Below are positions 40,680 through 54,095 of a stretch of DNA of 64,000 nt, piece after piece. The notes under the pieces are model-generated. The model worked only from the letters and a program-made list of their open reading frames with translations. It was not told where the DNA came from and searched no databases. A program made the position numbers and the translations under genes. Numbering within the stretch: position 1 is the stretch's first letter; each line of letters opens with the position of its first letter. This stretch comes from Eledone cirrhosa (taxonomy: Eukaryota): positions 122,574,001 through 122,638,000 of the forward strand of contig OZ024745.1 in assembly GCA_964016885.1 (NCBI GenBank). Direction: 5' to 3'.

Positions 40680-40922
40680 TTTATAACCCTTTAGAATGAA
40701 TTTTACAATTTCTTTGTGAAGTTAAGATTTATAAATCTTTAGAATGAATTTTACAATTTCTTTGTGAAGTTAAGATTTATAAACCTTTAAGAATGAATTT
40801 TACAATTTCTTTGTGAAGTTAAGATTTATAAACCTTTAAGAATGAATTTTACCATTTCTTTGTCAAGTTAAGATTTATAAACCTTTAAGAATGAATTTTA
40901 CAATTTCTTTGTGAAGTTTATA
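40680..40922. repeat. 49-bp tandem repeat x5
   Basis: Unit TTTATAAACCTTTAAGAATGAATTTTACAATTTCTTTGTGAAGTTAAGA. Confidence 0.9.
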
Positions 40923-41805
40923 ATCACTAACAACAAGAACTTATCAAATTTACTTTTTACACTTACCATCTCTTTCACAACACTGATATCATTAAATCTA
41001 TAGATTGTAAAATTCAAGACACCAGCTTGGAGAAGAAGCATTCATAATAGAAATATATAGCTCCAAAATCTAAATGCAGAATATTGGTTTCATGTTGAAA
41101 TGATGAGATGCACAAGCTCGGAGAATTGAAGAAGAGAATGTAGCTTGGAATCGTTCTTAGCAACACTTGACCTTTCATAATTCCAGAGTCAATGAATCAT
41201 ATTATGAAAATAACTAACATAGCTGGGTCTTATTTGTAGAGGCTAGGACATGACTGGCATATTGGGTTTGTAGTTAACCCTGCACTATCACTCTCTCACT
41301 CCCCCTCCCTCTCTATCTTTCTGTGTCTCTGTTTTCTTTAACGAAGTTGATCAAAATAATGAGTAAATAGATTAACCTTTTTGATACCAAACATCCCCTG
41401 GTTCCAGAATAGTAAGCCGTATGTTTTAAACTGTTTATATTTATCTAAAAAAAATCTCCATTATAATTCTACGAACCTTTGTTATTTTTCAAACATTAGC
41501 TTAAAATAATAACGAGAAAGTTAGTTATATTACAGAATTGCTAAAAAATCTTAAATATTCTCAAAATTATTCGAAAATCATAGGCAGTGTCTTTTATTAG
41601 AAATATGGTAACAAAAGGGTTAATAACTATACCAAACAAAACCATCAAGATAAATGAGATATGAATAAAGCTTTTAGAGTTAGTTGAGAAAACACTAAGT
41701 GCTGTGTTATTATACAAGACGTCACTACATCGATAATTAGATGTTCGGGGTCGAATTATTTTCGAAGATATATAAAATAAGATTGAATGAATGTGTCCAA
41801 AGCAA

Positions 41806-42441
41806 TGTAGCGGTTGTCTCCCTTGTTTTGGTTGGGATCTGGACGGGAGGTGGAGCCCTTTCTGCGACTTCCGGTCAGAGCCCTATAAAACTGGCGGCTT
41901 TGAGCTTCCTCCCTCTCTTTGCCTTTTCGGCACCAGGTCAAGAGTCTTCTCATTTGGCTCAGCCATTAATTTGGCCAACAGGCGCCTGGCTAAGGCCAGG
42001 CGCCCTCTGCCAGCCGCGTTTGCCTGGCAATCAAAACGGTAACTGCTAACTTTGTTTCATTCTAACATCTATCTTTGACATGTCAAGTATTCTATCTACC
42101 GTTAATTAAATATTATATACACAAACATTGTCTCGTTTTGTTACATTCATACAACCAGTAATCCCGCTATATTGGTAACCCTGACGTGATACGAACACGC
42201 AGCCGTTCATCGCTATAAGTGGTCACCCCCCAAAAAAAGAAAAAAATAGCACATCTGGTTTTGTGAGTAACATTACGAATACACAGCAAATTTAGCGACA
42301 AACTATGAAAATACTCAAGGACACGCACACACGCACATGTGGAATTCGCACAGACATACTTTTTCTCTCACGCATCAATTAACTGTCGCATTTCACCAAT
42401 ATATATATGTTTCTCGTTTCTTACAACGAACACTTACAAAA

Positions 42442-42480
<39 letters not shown>

Positions 42481-43188
42481 ATTTCACGATATATATATAT
42501 ATATGTTTCTCGTTTCTTACAACGAACTCTTTCAAAACACAAAAAAAAAAAAAAAAAAAAAAAGTTCTAGTTTTTTGTTTTTTTCCAAAGTTCACACCTA
42601 TAATTATGCTGATGGAAGCCTTTCTTTTTCATCATGGTCACTTTCAAAATTGCACTATCATTTTATCGCGCGTTAGAAATATTTTTTTTCAACCTTGTAT
42701 TGGCACGTGTAGGCAGCATAAATTCTCGATTCACTGAGATGTCTCTTACTCACAGACAGCCGCACGCCAGAGATAGCATTTCTCCCCCAAGGATTCTTCA
42801 GCCTTAAGCTACATTCTTCTCTTTGCCGGTTTATAAGTTTGCAATGTAAATTTACCGTTGATAACCGCGCATTTAGTAAGAATGCTTATTTCTCTGGTCG
42901 CTGGCCTCTGGACCCTTCCAGATCAACGCATTCTCAACATCGACCATCAACTTCGGCTGCTATTTCTAGCACTTTGCGCAACTCATTTTTTCTGAAAAAT
43001 TTTTTGTCTACTGTGAGTTGAAACACCGAATACGCTCACTCAGCGAGACAACAGCAGCAGCAACAACAGCAGCAGCAACAGCAATACAGCAGCAACTTCA
43101 ATACAGCAGCAACAGCAATACAGCAGCAGCAACAGCAACTACAGCAGCAACAACAGCAACAGCAGCAGCAACAGCAATACAGCAGCAG

Positions 43189-43220
<32 letters not shown>

Positions 43221-43918
43221 ACCAAAGCCAGAGAATTTATTTTTGCAGCACTCTTCCTGTGAGAAAATCCATTCGGAGGTTGGAAATTCACGATATACCA
43301 CAGAACAGAGACCACCTGCATTCATTCTCTGGAACACACTTTCTTTCCTGCGGTCATGTGATTGCACACCAGTGAACTATATTTTGTACATTTGAACTTT
43401 GAGCCCTTCCCTTACTTTACTACCTTGATATCTAGCATTGATTTTTCCAAACATTCTTTTGTCGTAATTTTCATGCCTGTTACAACATTCTCGCCAACTT
43501 GCTACATATTTTCATTTCGATTTTTATACACTAAAATTCTGGCGGGAGGTTATGTAGCGGTTGTCTCCCTTGTTTTGGTTGGGATCTGGACGGGAGGTGG
43601 AGCCCTTTCTGCGACTTCCGGTCAGAGCCCTATAAAACTGGCGGCTTTGAGCTTCCTCCCTCTCTTTGCCTTTTCGGCACCAGGTCAAGAGTCTTCTCAT
43701 TTGGCTCTGCCATTAATTTGGCCAACAGGCGCCTGGCCTTAGCCAGGCGCCCTCTGCCAGCCGCGTTTGCCTGGCAATCAAAACGGTAACTGCTAACTTT
43801 GTTTCATTCTAACATCTATCTTTGACATGTCAAGTATTCTATCTACCGTTAATTAAATATTATATACACAAACATTGTCTCGTTTTGTTACATTCATACG
43901 ACCAGTAATCCCTCCAAT
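41806..43918 (+). mobile_element. Non-autonomous Gypsy-type LTR retrotransposon (366-bp LTRs 41806-42171 and 43553-43918, degenerate gag, no pol)
   Basis: Near-identical direct repeats starting TGTAGCGG; 5' LTR ends CCGCTATA; tRNA-Trp-type PBS TGGTAACCCTGACGTGAT at 42173; PPT-like TCTGGCGGGAGGTTA; AGCAA TSD at 41801-41805 and 43919-43923; gag-like remnants (RFISLQCKF, ELKHRIRSLSE, ENLFLQ). Confidence 0.88.
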
Positions 43919-44276
43919 AGCAATAATAATAATTATTATTATTATTTCATAATAATAATAATGATGATGATTTCTTTATTATTAATATTAATAGCATGTA
44001 GATTTGAATTAGCATATGTTAAACGCACCAATTCCATTAACAAACAATAATATTATTGTTGGTCTTTCGATGCCTTAAAAGAATAGAAACAAGAGGAAAT
44101 ATCTGTACCATGGTTTTCTTTCATTATTTATACACAGATTAGATAATATTTATAGATAATGTTTAAAATCAAAGACATTGGGTATATATATGTGTGTGGG
44201 GGTGGGGGTGAAAGTGATAGTGTGTGTGCGGTGAAGAAGGCGAGGGTCAGAAAGTGATAGATAGATAGGTACGTAG

Positions 44277-44309
<33 letters not shown>

Positions 44310-44833
44310 GATAGATAGATAGATTAAATTAATGCAGATGAAATTCTGGTAAAGAATTAAGAGAAGTGCAACCATTGCTAGCAAGGAAAGCGGGCGTTAA
44401 AACGATGATGACGATGATGATGATAAGAAGTGAAATGGGAAGCTGTGGATTTTAAGCTTTTACACAGTGGAATATAAAGGAAGTAAAATATATCTGCACA
44501 TTGAGCAATAACTATTTTATCTTGGCGTTATTGGAATTTCTCTTGCTCTCCCACAACCCCCACCCCCACATCGCCACCCCCCACAACGCCGCCGCCACCT
44601 TTATCTCTTCGATTCGATTACTCTGTCTCTCAAACTCATACAACACCCCCTCTCTCTCTCTTCCTCTCTCACTCTTTCGCTTTTTCTAAATATAAAAATG
44701 TGTGTATGTACGTGTGTACGTGTGTATGTGTGTGTGTGTGTGTGTGAGAGAGCCCAGCGCCGCCGCCGCCACCTTTATCTCTTCGATTCGATTACTCTGT
44801 CTCTTAAACCCATACAACACCCTCTCTCTTTCT

Positions 44834-44884
<51 letters not shown>

Positions 44885-45689
44885 AACGAGTAGGACCCCG
44901 ACGGCTGAGCTCACGCCGTTTCGACGGCTAATTCTGGACGAATTAGCCGCCGAAACGGCTTGAGCTCAGCCGTCGGGGTCCTACTCGTTCCTATTACCCA
45001 CTCTACTACCTTAAGTATTGAGTACTTTGGTGCGTTATGGTCCACCTGGTTCCTTACCACATTTCCTTCGTTATATATATATATATATATATATATTTTT
45101 AAAAAATACCCCTCTTTCTCTCTCTCTCTCTCTTTCGCTTTCTCTCTCTATAAAAATATATGTGTATGTACGTACGTACGTACGTATGTACATGTGTGTG
45201 TGTGTGAGAGGGAGAAATCCCTTATTCTTCAGCGAACTGACGCAAACACACGCAGTTATAATTGAAGAGTGTGTTTATAATCACACACAAACCTTGACTA
45301 TTACTAAGAAAATATCAAAAATCAATGTGCGTGATGTGTGCACGCACGTTCGGATAATAATAATAATTATGATGATAATAATGATGATGATGATGGTGGT
45401 GGTGGTGGTGGTGGTGGTGATGATGATGATGGTGGTGGTAGTGATGATGATGGTGGTGGCGATGATGATGATGGTGGTGGTGATGATGGTCGTGATGATA
45501 ATTAATAATAAATAATAATAACAGAGGCAACAGCGATGTATGTTACTGATAAGAAAGGAAACATTAAAAACTGAGGCTAATGATGATGCCAGTGATGACA
45601 ATGTATCATCATCATCACCATCACCATCATCATCATCATTAACCATTAACCAGGGTATATATATATCGTGGTTACCTTACCCTGGATAA

Positions 45690-45751
<62 letters not shown>

Positions 45752-46263
45752 AACGTGAACATATAGGCAAGTTTGTTGATAACAGCCAGCAATATTTATG
45801 TTAGTGCTGGGGCAACGAAACCCTTACAGATATTACAACGGCTCAGAAAGAAAAAAAACAGTGTAGATTAACAATAGAAAGGTAGAGAGAGCTAGATGAG
45901 TTAGGAGAGTAAGACAAAGAGAGAGATATAGAGGGAGTGTGGGGGAAGAGGCCCGAGATGTGTGGATTGATGGAGGGGGATTGCGCACTCATAGCCCTGT
46001 ATATGTATATTATTCATTATTCCATCATATATATAATATATATGATGACGAATTCAAAAGCTTTGAGAGGAAACGGGGAGAAACTCTATAGGAGAAAGAA
46101 CAAAGATTAAAATAAATAGATAAACTCCTTTACATTTGGTCTTTTAAAACTGGGAACATCTGATACACACACACACACATATATATATATATACATACTT
46201 ACAATCATATACATACATACATACATACATACACACACACATATATATATATATTTATAGAAA

Positions 46264-46314
46264 AGCTTCTACAGGACTAGAACTGTTTCATTCGTGAGAA
46301 ATCATCAGGAAGCT
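46264..46314 (-). ncRNA. Minimal type-I hammerhead ribozyme (mutated inverted twin on + at 46315-46360)
   Basis: Minus: AGCTTC-CTGATGA-TTTC-TCAC-GAAT-GAA-ACAG-TTCTAGTC-CTGT-A-GAAGCT; stem I 6 bp, GUA cleavage triplet, U-U at the base of stem II. Confidence 0.75.
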
Positions 46315-46527
46315 CCGGATGATTTCCCACGAATGAAACAGTTCTAGTCCTGTAGAATCTTTTCTATATTAAACATTTATACTCTGCTTTCTATTGAGTA
46401 CTTTACTTACCGATTGAACCGGGGATAACTTTATATATATATATATATGTAAACATATATATATATATATACACATATATACACACACACATATATATAT
46501 GTATATATATATATATATGTATATATG

Positions 46528-46597
<70 letters not shown>

Positions 46598-46622
46598 TAC
46601 ATACATATACATATATGTAAAC

Positions 46623-46653
<31 letters not shown>

Positions 46654-46667
46654 TACACACACATATA

Positions 46668-46725
<58 letters not shown>

Positions 46726-48875
46726 CATATATACATACATATACATATATGTAATATGTAAACATATATATATATACACACATATATATATAAACACACA
46801 TATATACACATATATACACACACACACATATATGTATGTATATATGTATATATATATATACATAAAAAAATATATATTGAGTTAAGTATATAACGTGTAA
46901 GCGATAGCGAAATATGCGTGGATAGTGGATAGTGGATAAGGTTAAAAAAAAAAAAGGTAAGATATGGATTGATAGATCGAGAAGGTAGGAAAATCTAGAG
47001 ACGACATGAAATAAGTGAGGTTGTTTTTGAGAAAAGCTTTTTTTTTTCTCTTTTAAGAACAAACTGACCTGCAAAATTAGATTCTGAAGAACATGCAGAA
47101 CCAGTATTTCCTCATTCCTACATAGGTAACAGAGGAACTCGTCTTTGATTCCTTACATCCTTGTTATTCACATCATACTACACACTTCATTCTTAAAATG
47201 ACATATTTTCCGACACCATTATATTGTTTGGTGGTAGTGATGGTGGTAGTGATGGTGGTAGCGGTGGTGGTAGCGGTGGTGGTGATGGTGGTGGGGGTGG
47301 GGGTGATGGTGGTAGCGGTGGTGACGCTGTGGTGGTGGTGGTGGTGGTGGTGGTGGTGGTGGCGGTGGTGGTAGCGGTGGTGGTGACGCTGTGGTGGTGG
47401 TGGTGGTGGTGGTGATGGTGGAGGTGATGGTGGTAGCGGTGGTGGTGACGCTGTGGTGGTGATGGTGGTGGGGGTGGGGGTGGGGGTGATGGTGGTAGCG
47501 GTGGTGACGCTGTGGTGGTGGTGGTGATGGTGGTGGTGGTGGTGATGGCCGTGGTGGTGATGGTGGTAGCGGTGGTGACGCTGTGGTGGTGATGGTGATG
47601 GTGGTGGTCGTGATGGTGATGGTGATGGTGGTAGCGGTGGTGACGCTGTGGTGGTGACGCTGTGGTGGTGATGGTGGTAAGGGTGGGGATGACGGTGGTG
47701 GTGCTGGTGGTGGTGGTGATGGTGATGACGGTGTGGTGATGATGATGGGGCTGATGGTGGGGATGGCGGTGGTGAGGTGGTGATGGTGATGACGGTGTGG
47801 TGATGGTGGTGAGGGTGATGATGGGGATGACGGTGTTGTGATGGTGGTGGGGGTGATGATGGGGATGATGGTGGTGGGGTGGTGATGACGGTGGTAACGG
47901 TGCTGACGTTGTGGTGGTGGTGATGACGGTGGTAACGGTGCTGACGTTGTGGTGGTGGTGATGACGGTGTTGTGATGGTGGTGGTGGTGGTGGTTAGGGT
48001 TAGTTGTGCCGGGATATGGTAGTGGTGACGCTGTTGTGATGGTGATGGTAACGGTGTTGTGATGGTGGTGGTGACGGTGTTATGATGGTGGTGGTAACGG
48101 CGTTGTGATGGTGGTGGTGACGCTGTTATGATGGTGGCGGTGACGTTGTTGTGATGATGGTGGTGACGGCGTTGTTATGGTGGTGGTAACGGTGTTGTGA
48201 TGGTGGTGGTTACGATGTTATGGTGACGCTGTTATGATGGTGGCGGTGACGTTGTTGTGATGGTGGTGGTAACGGCGTTGTGATGGTGATGGTGACGATG
48301 TTATGATGATGGTGGTGACGATGTTATGGTGGTGGTGACGATGTTGTTATGGTGATGGTGGTGATGGAGGTTAGTAGTGCCGGGACATGGTTGTTGTTAG
48401 TGGCAATCGTAATGAGGTGTGTGAGCAAGATTGTAATTATTATTAATATATATTTTATATTATATATATTTTATATTATATATATTTTATATTATATATA
48501 TTATATATATTTTATATTATATATATTTTATATTATATATATTATATATATTTTATATTATATATATTATATATATTTTTTTATATATTTTCATTGTGAA
48601 ATTGTTATTGTATATTTATACTCGATTTTATTGTAACCGCTCCGCTGTCCCTGTCTTAGTATAGTTCTATATATTCGGCCCTTGTGGCCAATATATGAAA
48701 CCATTATTATTATTATCATTATCCCGCCGAGGTTAGTTTTGCCTTTCATCCTGACAGGTCAATAAAATAAAGTACCAGTAATGCACTAGGGTTGAATTAA
48801 TCGACTTCCCCCCCCCCTCCATCTCCCCAAAATAGCTAGCCTTGTGCCTAAATCAGAAACCATTATTATTATATT

Positions 48876-49168
48876 TGAGGAGAGAGGGGTGCTCTCCTTG
48901 GGTGCCCTAGAAGCGCAGGGTGGTTCAGGATTGGTGGGGTACCCGAGTCACCCCTGGGTCGTCCACCCCCGATAGGGGAATTTATTTATTTTGTTATATT
49001 TATACATAGTTTATTTTATATTTGTATATCTTCATTGTTAAATTAGTCTTGCCATTGTGCACTTTTACTCGACCTTATTGTAAACCCCCACTGTCCCTGT
49101 CTTTGTATTGTCCCCTACATGTTGGCCCTTGTGGCCAATAAATGAAATCATTATTATTATTATTATTT
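48876..49168 (+). mobile_element. Non-LTR retroelement 3' UTR with (ATT)n tail; shorter copies at 48590-48715 and 30025-30048(-)
   Basis: Shared CTGTCCCTGTCTT...GGCCCTTGTGGCCAATAAA-(ATT)n end. Confidence 0.6.
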
Positions 49169-50176
49169 TACATGTATTTATTTATTATTATTTTGCGATG
49201 CTATTCACTATAAGCAGATCTTTTGTGAGCTATCTTTCGGCACAAGAAAATAGATCATGCTAGCTATCTGAGAAATAGCATCTGTCTTCTCATCTTTATT
49301 CGTCATTGTTTACAGTCTTTTATCAGCCTGCCGTCACCAGCTCTTTAATTAGAACCATATTTTCAATTAACAAAAAATTAAGGATATTTAAGTGTTCGAT
49401 AACACCACAAACACCTGAAGGATAGCGATAAATAAATAAATAAAAAAATTTTTAAATCTGCAGAAAATAAAATAAAATATAATAAATGAAAATAAATGAA
49501 AAATCGAAGCAAAGATGAGAGAGGTGATGGGTGTCTTGTTAAGATGTCTGAAGTTACATGACCAAATAAAAGAATTTCCGATTTATCTTTGTCAATTAAA
49601 AGAAAGAAGAGAAGTAATATAAGAGATTGCTTTATAACATTTTTTATAAAAAAAAAAAAAAATAAAATCTGTTAATAGGCAGACGACAAACATAACTAAA
49701 TGGTGGCGAAGTGTTTTAATAGAAGAATGTCCCTTGGCGACTACCATCTCTCTCTTTCATTTTCTCTCTCGACGAAATCAAGCCATTGTTGATCCGCCCC
49801 CTCTCACCTCTTCTTACTCATTGTCTCTCTCTTTCTCTTTCTATCTTCTACCCACCTTTCTCACTCTTTCTCTCCCACTCTTTCTTTCTCTCTCCATCTT
49901 TCTCTGACACTTTTTCTCTTTCCGTGTCAAGTCATCTTCGGAAAGAGTCAAACTAAACGGTGTGCTGTTTCCAGTAGCACATTGATCTAAGAATGGTTTA
50001 TTTTTAGCCACAGACCACACAGCTGCAGACTTCTGCTTCCCAGGTTTATTTATAGCTAAACACTGGCTGTGAGATAATCGTTCATTCCACACACACGTCC
50101 AACCCACCCGACTCACAAACAAACAAACAAGCCTGCTTCTTTCTTAATTTGATATTGGAGAGAGAGAGAGAGGAAG

Positions 50177-50208
<32 letters not shown>

Positions 50209-50454
50209 ACAGAGAGAGAGAGAGAGAGACAGAGAGATCGGGGTGGTGTAACGAAAGCTACGCGGAAGTATTCGTAAACAATGATTTTGAATATATGAAA
50301 TGATATAAAGAGTGTTTCTCAGCAACAAAGCATACGAAGGAAGGTAACAGCATTTAGACTGCTGCAGCAAAATTACACACACCTGGTCAATAAGTGGAGG
50401 TGTATTCATTCATAAAAATTATACCTGGAAATTCACAATAGTAGTAATAAGAAT

Positions 50455-51006
50455 TATATATATATATATATATATTGTTATGCTTTGGGAGGGTCATGTT
50501 GCCAATAAGAAACACACGCACCAGTTGCTTTCCACTTCAATTTATTATAAATTAAATTTATAAATTTAAGAATTTATAAATTTCCGGTTGGTTGGTTGGT
50601 TGGTTCCATAACCGGAGGGTTGTTCATATATTGTCAAAGTTCTTTCGTCACACATTCTGTGACCTCTTCGGTGACTGGGGATTCTTTTCTTTGTTTTTGT
50701 GCCTCTCCTTTGTTCTGTCCTACGCCATCACAAAAACAAGATGGCGTAGGACAGAACAAAGGAGAGGCACAAAAACAAAGAAAAGAATCCCCAGTCACCG
50801 AAGAGGTCACAGAATGTGTGACGAAAGAACTTTGACAATATATGAACAACCGTCCGGTTATGGAACCAACCAACCAACCAACCAACCGGAAATTTATAAA
50901 TTTAATTTATAATAAATTGGAGTGGAAAGCAACTGGTGCGTGTGTTTCTTATTGGCAATATGACCCTCCCAAAGCATAACAATATATATATATATATATA
51001 TATATC
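50455..51006. repeat. ~250-bp-arm near-perfect palindrome flanked by (TA)n, one hammerhead-like motif per arm
   Basis: Arms ~50475-50729 and 50740-50983 with a 10-nt spacer ACAAAAACAA. Confidence 0.95.
50794..50836 (+). ncRNA. Hammerhead-like motif with U4C core variant (mirror copy on minus at 50633-50675)
   Basis: GTCA-CCGAAGA-G-GTCAC-AGAATGT-GTGAC-GAA-AG-AA-CT-T-TGAC. Confidence 0.55.
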
Positions 51007-51109
51007 CCGTAGATATCATTTCTCTAATAAAATAAATATACCTCTAGTCTAATATATTGAGTACCTTTTTAAACAGTTGTCGCCGCATGACTATTTTCAT
51101 CGGGATTCT

Positions 51110-51168
<59 letters not shown>

Positions 51169-51171
<3 letters not shown>

Positions 51172-51306
51172 TGCCGGATTTACACTTGTGCTTAGGTGTG
51201 GGGAGAGCATCTTCCTCCCAAAAAAATTATTACGATGTATTTTTCTTTCGTGGCCCAAGTGCTCTCATAACTAGCACAGGACCTCATTTGTCCTAAATCC
51301 GGCACT
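51169..51306. mobile_element. Short hAT-like MITE
   Basis: CAGTGCCGGATTTA...TAAATCCGGCACT TIR. Confidence 0.7.
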
Positions 51307-51363
51307 TCATGTATATAAACTCACCCTATGGACTGTGTTCTCTTAGGTTTCTACCAAACTTTT

Positions 51364-51413
<50 letters not shown>

Positions 51414-51605
51414 CGAAGGAAGTGTGGTAAGGAACCAGGTGGACCATAACGCACCAGACTACTCGATACTTTGGGTAGTAGAGTGGGTATAAAAATAGTC
51501 AAGACCCCGACGGCAGAGCTCAAGCCGTTTCGACGGGTATTTCTGCGTCCAGAAATAGCCGTCGAAACGGCTTGAGCTCTGCCGTCGGGGTCTCGACTAT
51601 TTTCC

Positions 51606-51652
<47 letters not shown>

Positions 51653-51720
51653 CTCTTTGGTTAATCACTACCTTGATTAAATCTTAACCATTTAACATCT
51701 CAGGTTATGTCATGTATCAT

Positions 51721-51779
51721 TATATTTTGTCTGATGAGGACGTACTGTTGTACATCCTAAATATGTATAATAAAATGTA
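51721..51779 (+). ncRNA. Hammerhead ribozyme relic (G12 mutated)
   Basis: TATTTTGT-CTGATGA-GGACGTAC-TGTT-GTACATCC-tAA-ATATGTAT-A-ATAAAATG. Confidence 0.6.
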
Positions 51780-51902
51780 ATTGATCAAAAGAACATCTAT
51801 TTTATTAATATTTATATTTTAATATTAATAACTCTGGAAAATTATTGTACTGTAGAGTGCTTCCAATCTACTGTAAAATTCATTCTTTGAATCTTGTTTA
51901 AC

Positions 51903-51982
<80 letters not shown>

Positions 51983-52210
51983 TAGGGTGTTGTAAAAACC
52001 AGGTAGATCATAACCCACTAGAGTACTCGATACTAGGAGTAGTTGAGTGGGTAATATGAAAAGATTCAGGACCCCCGACGAATAGTTCGGATCTAGCTAC
52101 CGAAACGGCCCCTCTTCTTTTAATAACATTATCTTTTTAATAACACTATCTTTGACGAATCAAAAAAGAAAAACAGACCCTTAAATATATCTCCCGTGCT
52201 ATTTCCAACT

Positions 52211-52332
<122 letters not shown>

Positions 52333-52411
52333 ACCTGCCAAATCAACCTCCCTAATGCAAGGTGATTGAAAGGTATGTCGTATCTATTTATTTATAAGAC
52401 TGTTTATATTG

Positions 52412-52477
52412 TATTTTGTCTGAAGAAGGCATAACATATTGTTAATATGATATCCCTGAAATATATATAACGAAATA
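52412..52477 (+). ncRNA. Minimal type-I hammerhead ribozyme with palindromic stem III
   Basis: TATTTTGT-CTGAAGA-AGGCATAACATATT-GTT-AATATGATATCCCT-GAA-ATATATAT-A-ACGAAATA; 8-bp stem I. Confidence 0.75.
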
Positions 52478-52514
52478 AATATGGTTTTATAAATATAGTT
52501 TCCATTTATTTAAT

Positions 52515-52587
<73 letters not shown>

Positions 52588-52957
52588 GACCATATGGAAA
52601 AGATCGAAGTTTTACTGATAGGTAAAGTAGTTGTTGAAAATAGATTTGTTGTATTGCACAGTTTCTACGTTTATTTATATTCGTTGTTTTATCAGATGTT
52701 ATTCTATTTTAATGTTTAAGCTTTCATTACACATGAAGCATTAAACAGAAGTACATACCTGGAAGCTTCACCCCTTGTTATATTTCAAGATTATTATTGT
52801 CTAAATATATTTTAATCGAAATGAAAATATCTATCAGTGTTCGTATTATAAAGAGAGTAAGAAGAAAACAAACCCCTACCTTAGATTTGGCTGGAAAACG
52901 TAAACTAATATCAACATAATAGATATAGGCAGATTCCCTTTGAGATACCACACACAC

Positions 52958-53087
<130 letters not shown>

Positions 53088-53710
53088 ACATCACAGGCTG
53101 AGGTGGTAATTTGTTATAGTTTGAATGCGTGTGTGTGTTTCAGTAAACGAATGGGATGGACAGAGAGACAAATAAAAACACTACCTGTTCCATCACCACC
53201 ACCCTAACTATTACTACTACTACTACTACTACTACTACTACAGACCTCCATAAATAACAACAACAGATGCTTAGTAAGAAGACAGAAATGTCTTTGATAG
53301 TGGAAGTGGCATGCGAGATAGAAATCTGAGTGCTAGTTTGAACTTGTCCTGTACAAATAATAAACATAATATCATCATCATCATTATTATTATTATTATT
53401 ATAATACACAGTTAGTATAAATAGCTGCACACGTGGACAGGTTTATATTTAGAAAGTGAAAACGAAAGAAGGAATTTGTTTTATAACTAGCCTAGCCATC
53501 TTGTTGTTTGTGAATTAAACGATGGTTAGCGAGATTGATTAACTGCTAAATGGTAAACAAACAGAGGGTTGGTTTTTTATATCGATAAACGGTTAATCGG
53601 ACACGAAGACAAATAAAATATAAGCGGACAATTGGAAATACGAGTAGGCAGTAATACAAATTGATAAGAGCCAATAGATAAATATTTATAAAATCGAATC
53701 TATCTATATA

Positions 53711-53772
<62 letters not shown>

Positions 53773-53827
53773 GGAATACTGTTGGCTTCTTGCTACAATA
53801 ATTTTTATACTTTTCATTTATATATAT

Positions 53828-53908
<81 letters not shown>

Positions 53909-54036
53909 AAATGAGATTAATATCCACACAGATACTAAGTACCCACGGAAATATATTTTAATTTATTTAAAAGATTGTTTAAAGTTTACTTATTCCGCTT
54001 ATTTCAATTATATATATATATATATAACTATATATA

Positions 54037-54095
<59 letters not shown>

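Noticed and set aside
40967-41200. Unique minus-strand stretch ending in a strong ATG|gtaagt donor
   Set aside because: No frame gives a recognisable RasGRF or other protein; cannot be supported without transcripts.
43018-43395. PolyQ/polyA ORF resembling a transcription factor
   Set aside because: Lies inside the LTR element; it is a repeat expansion in a gag relic.
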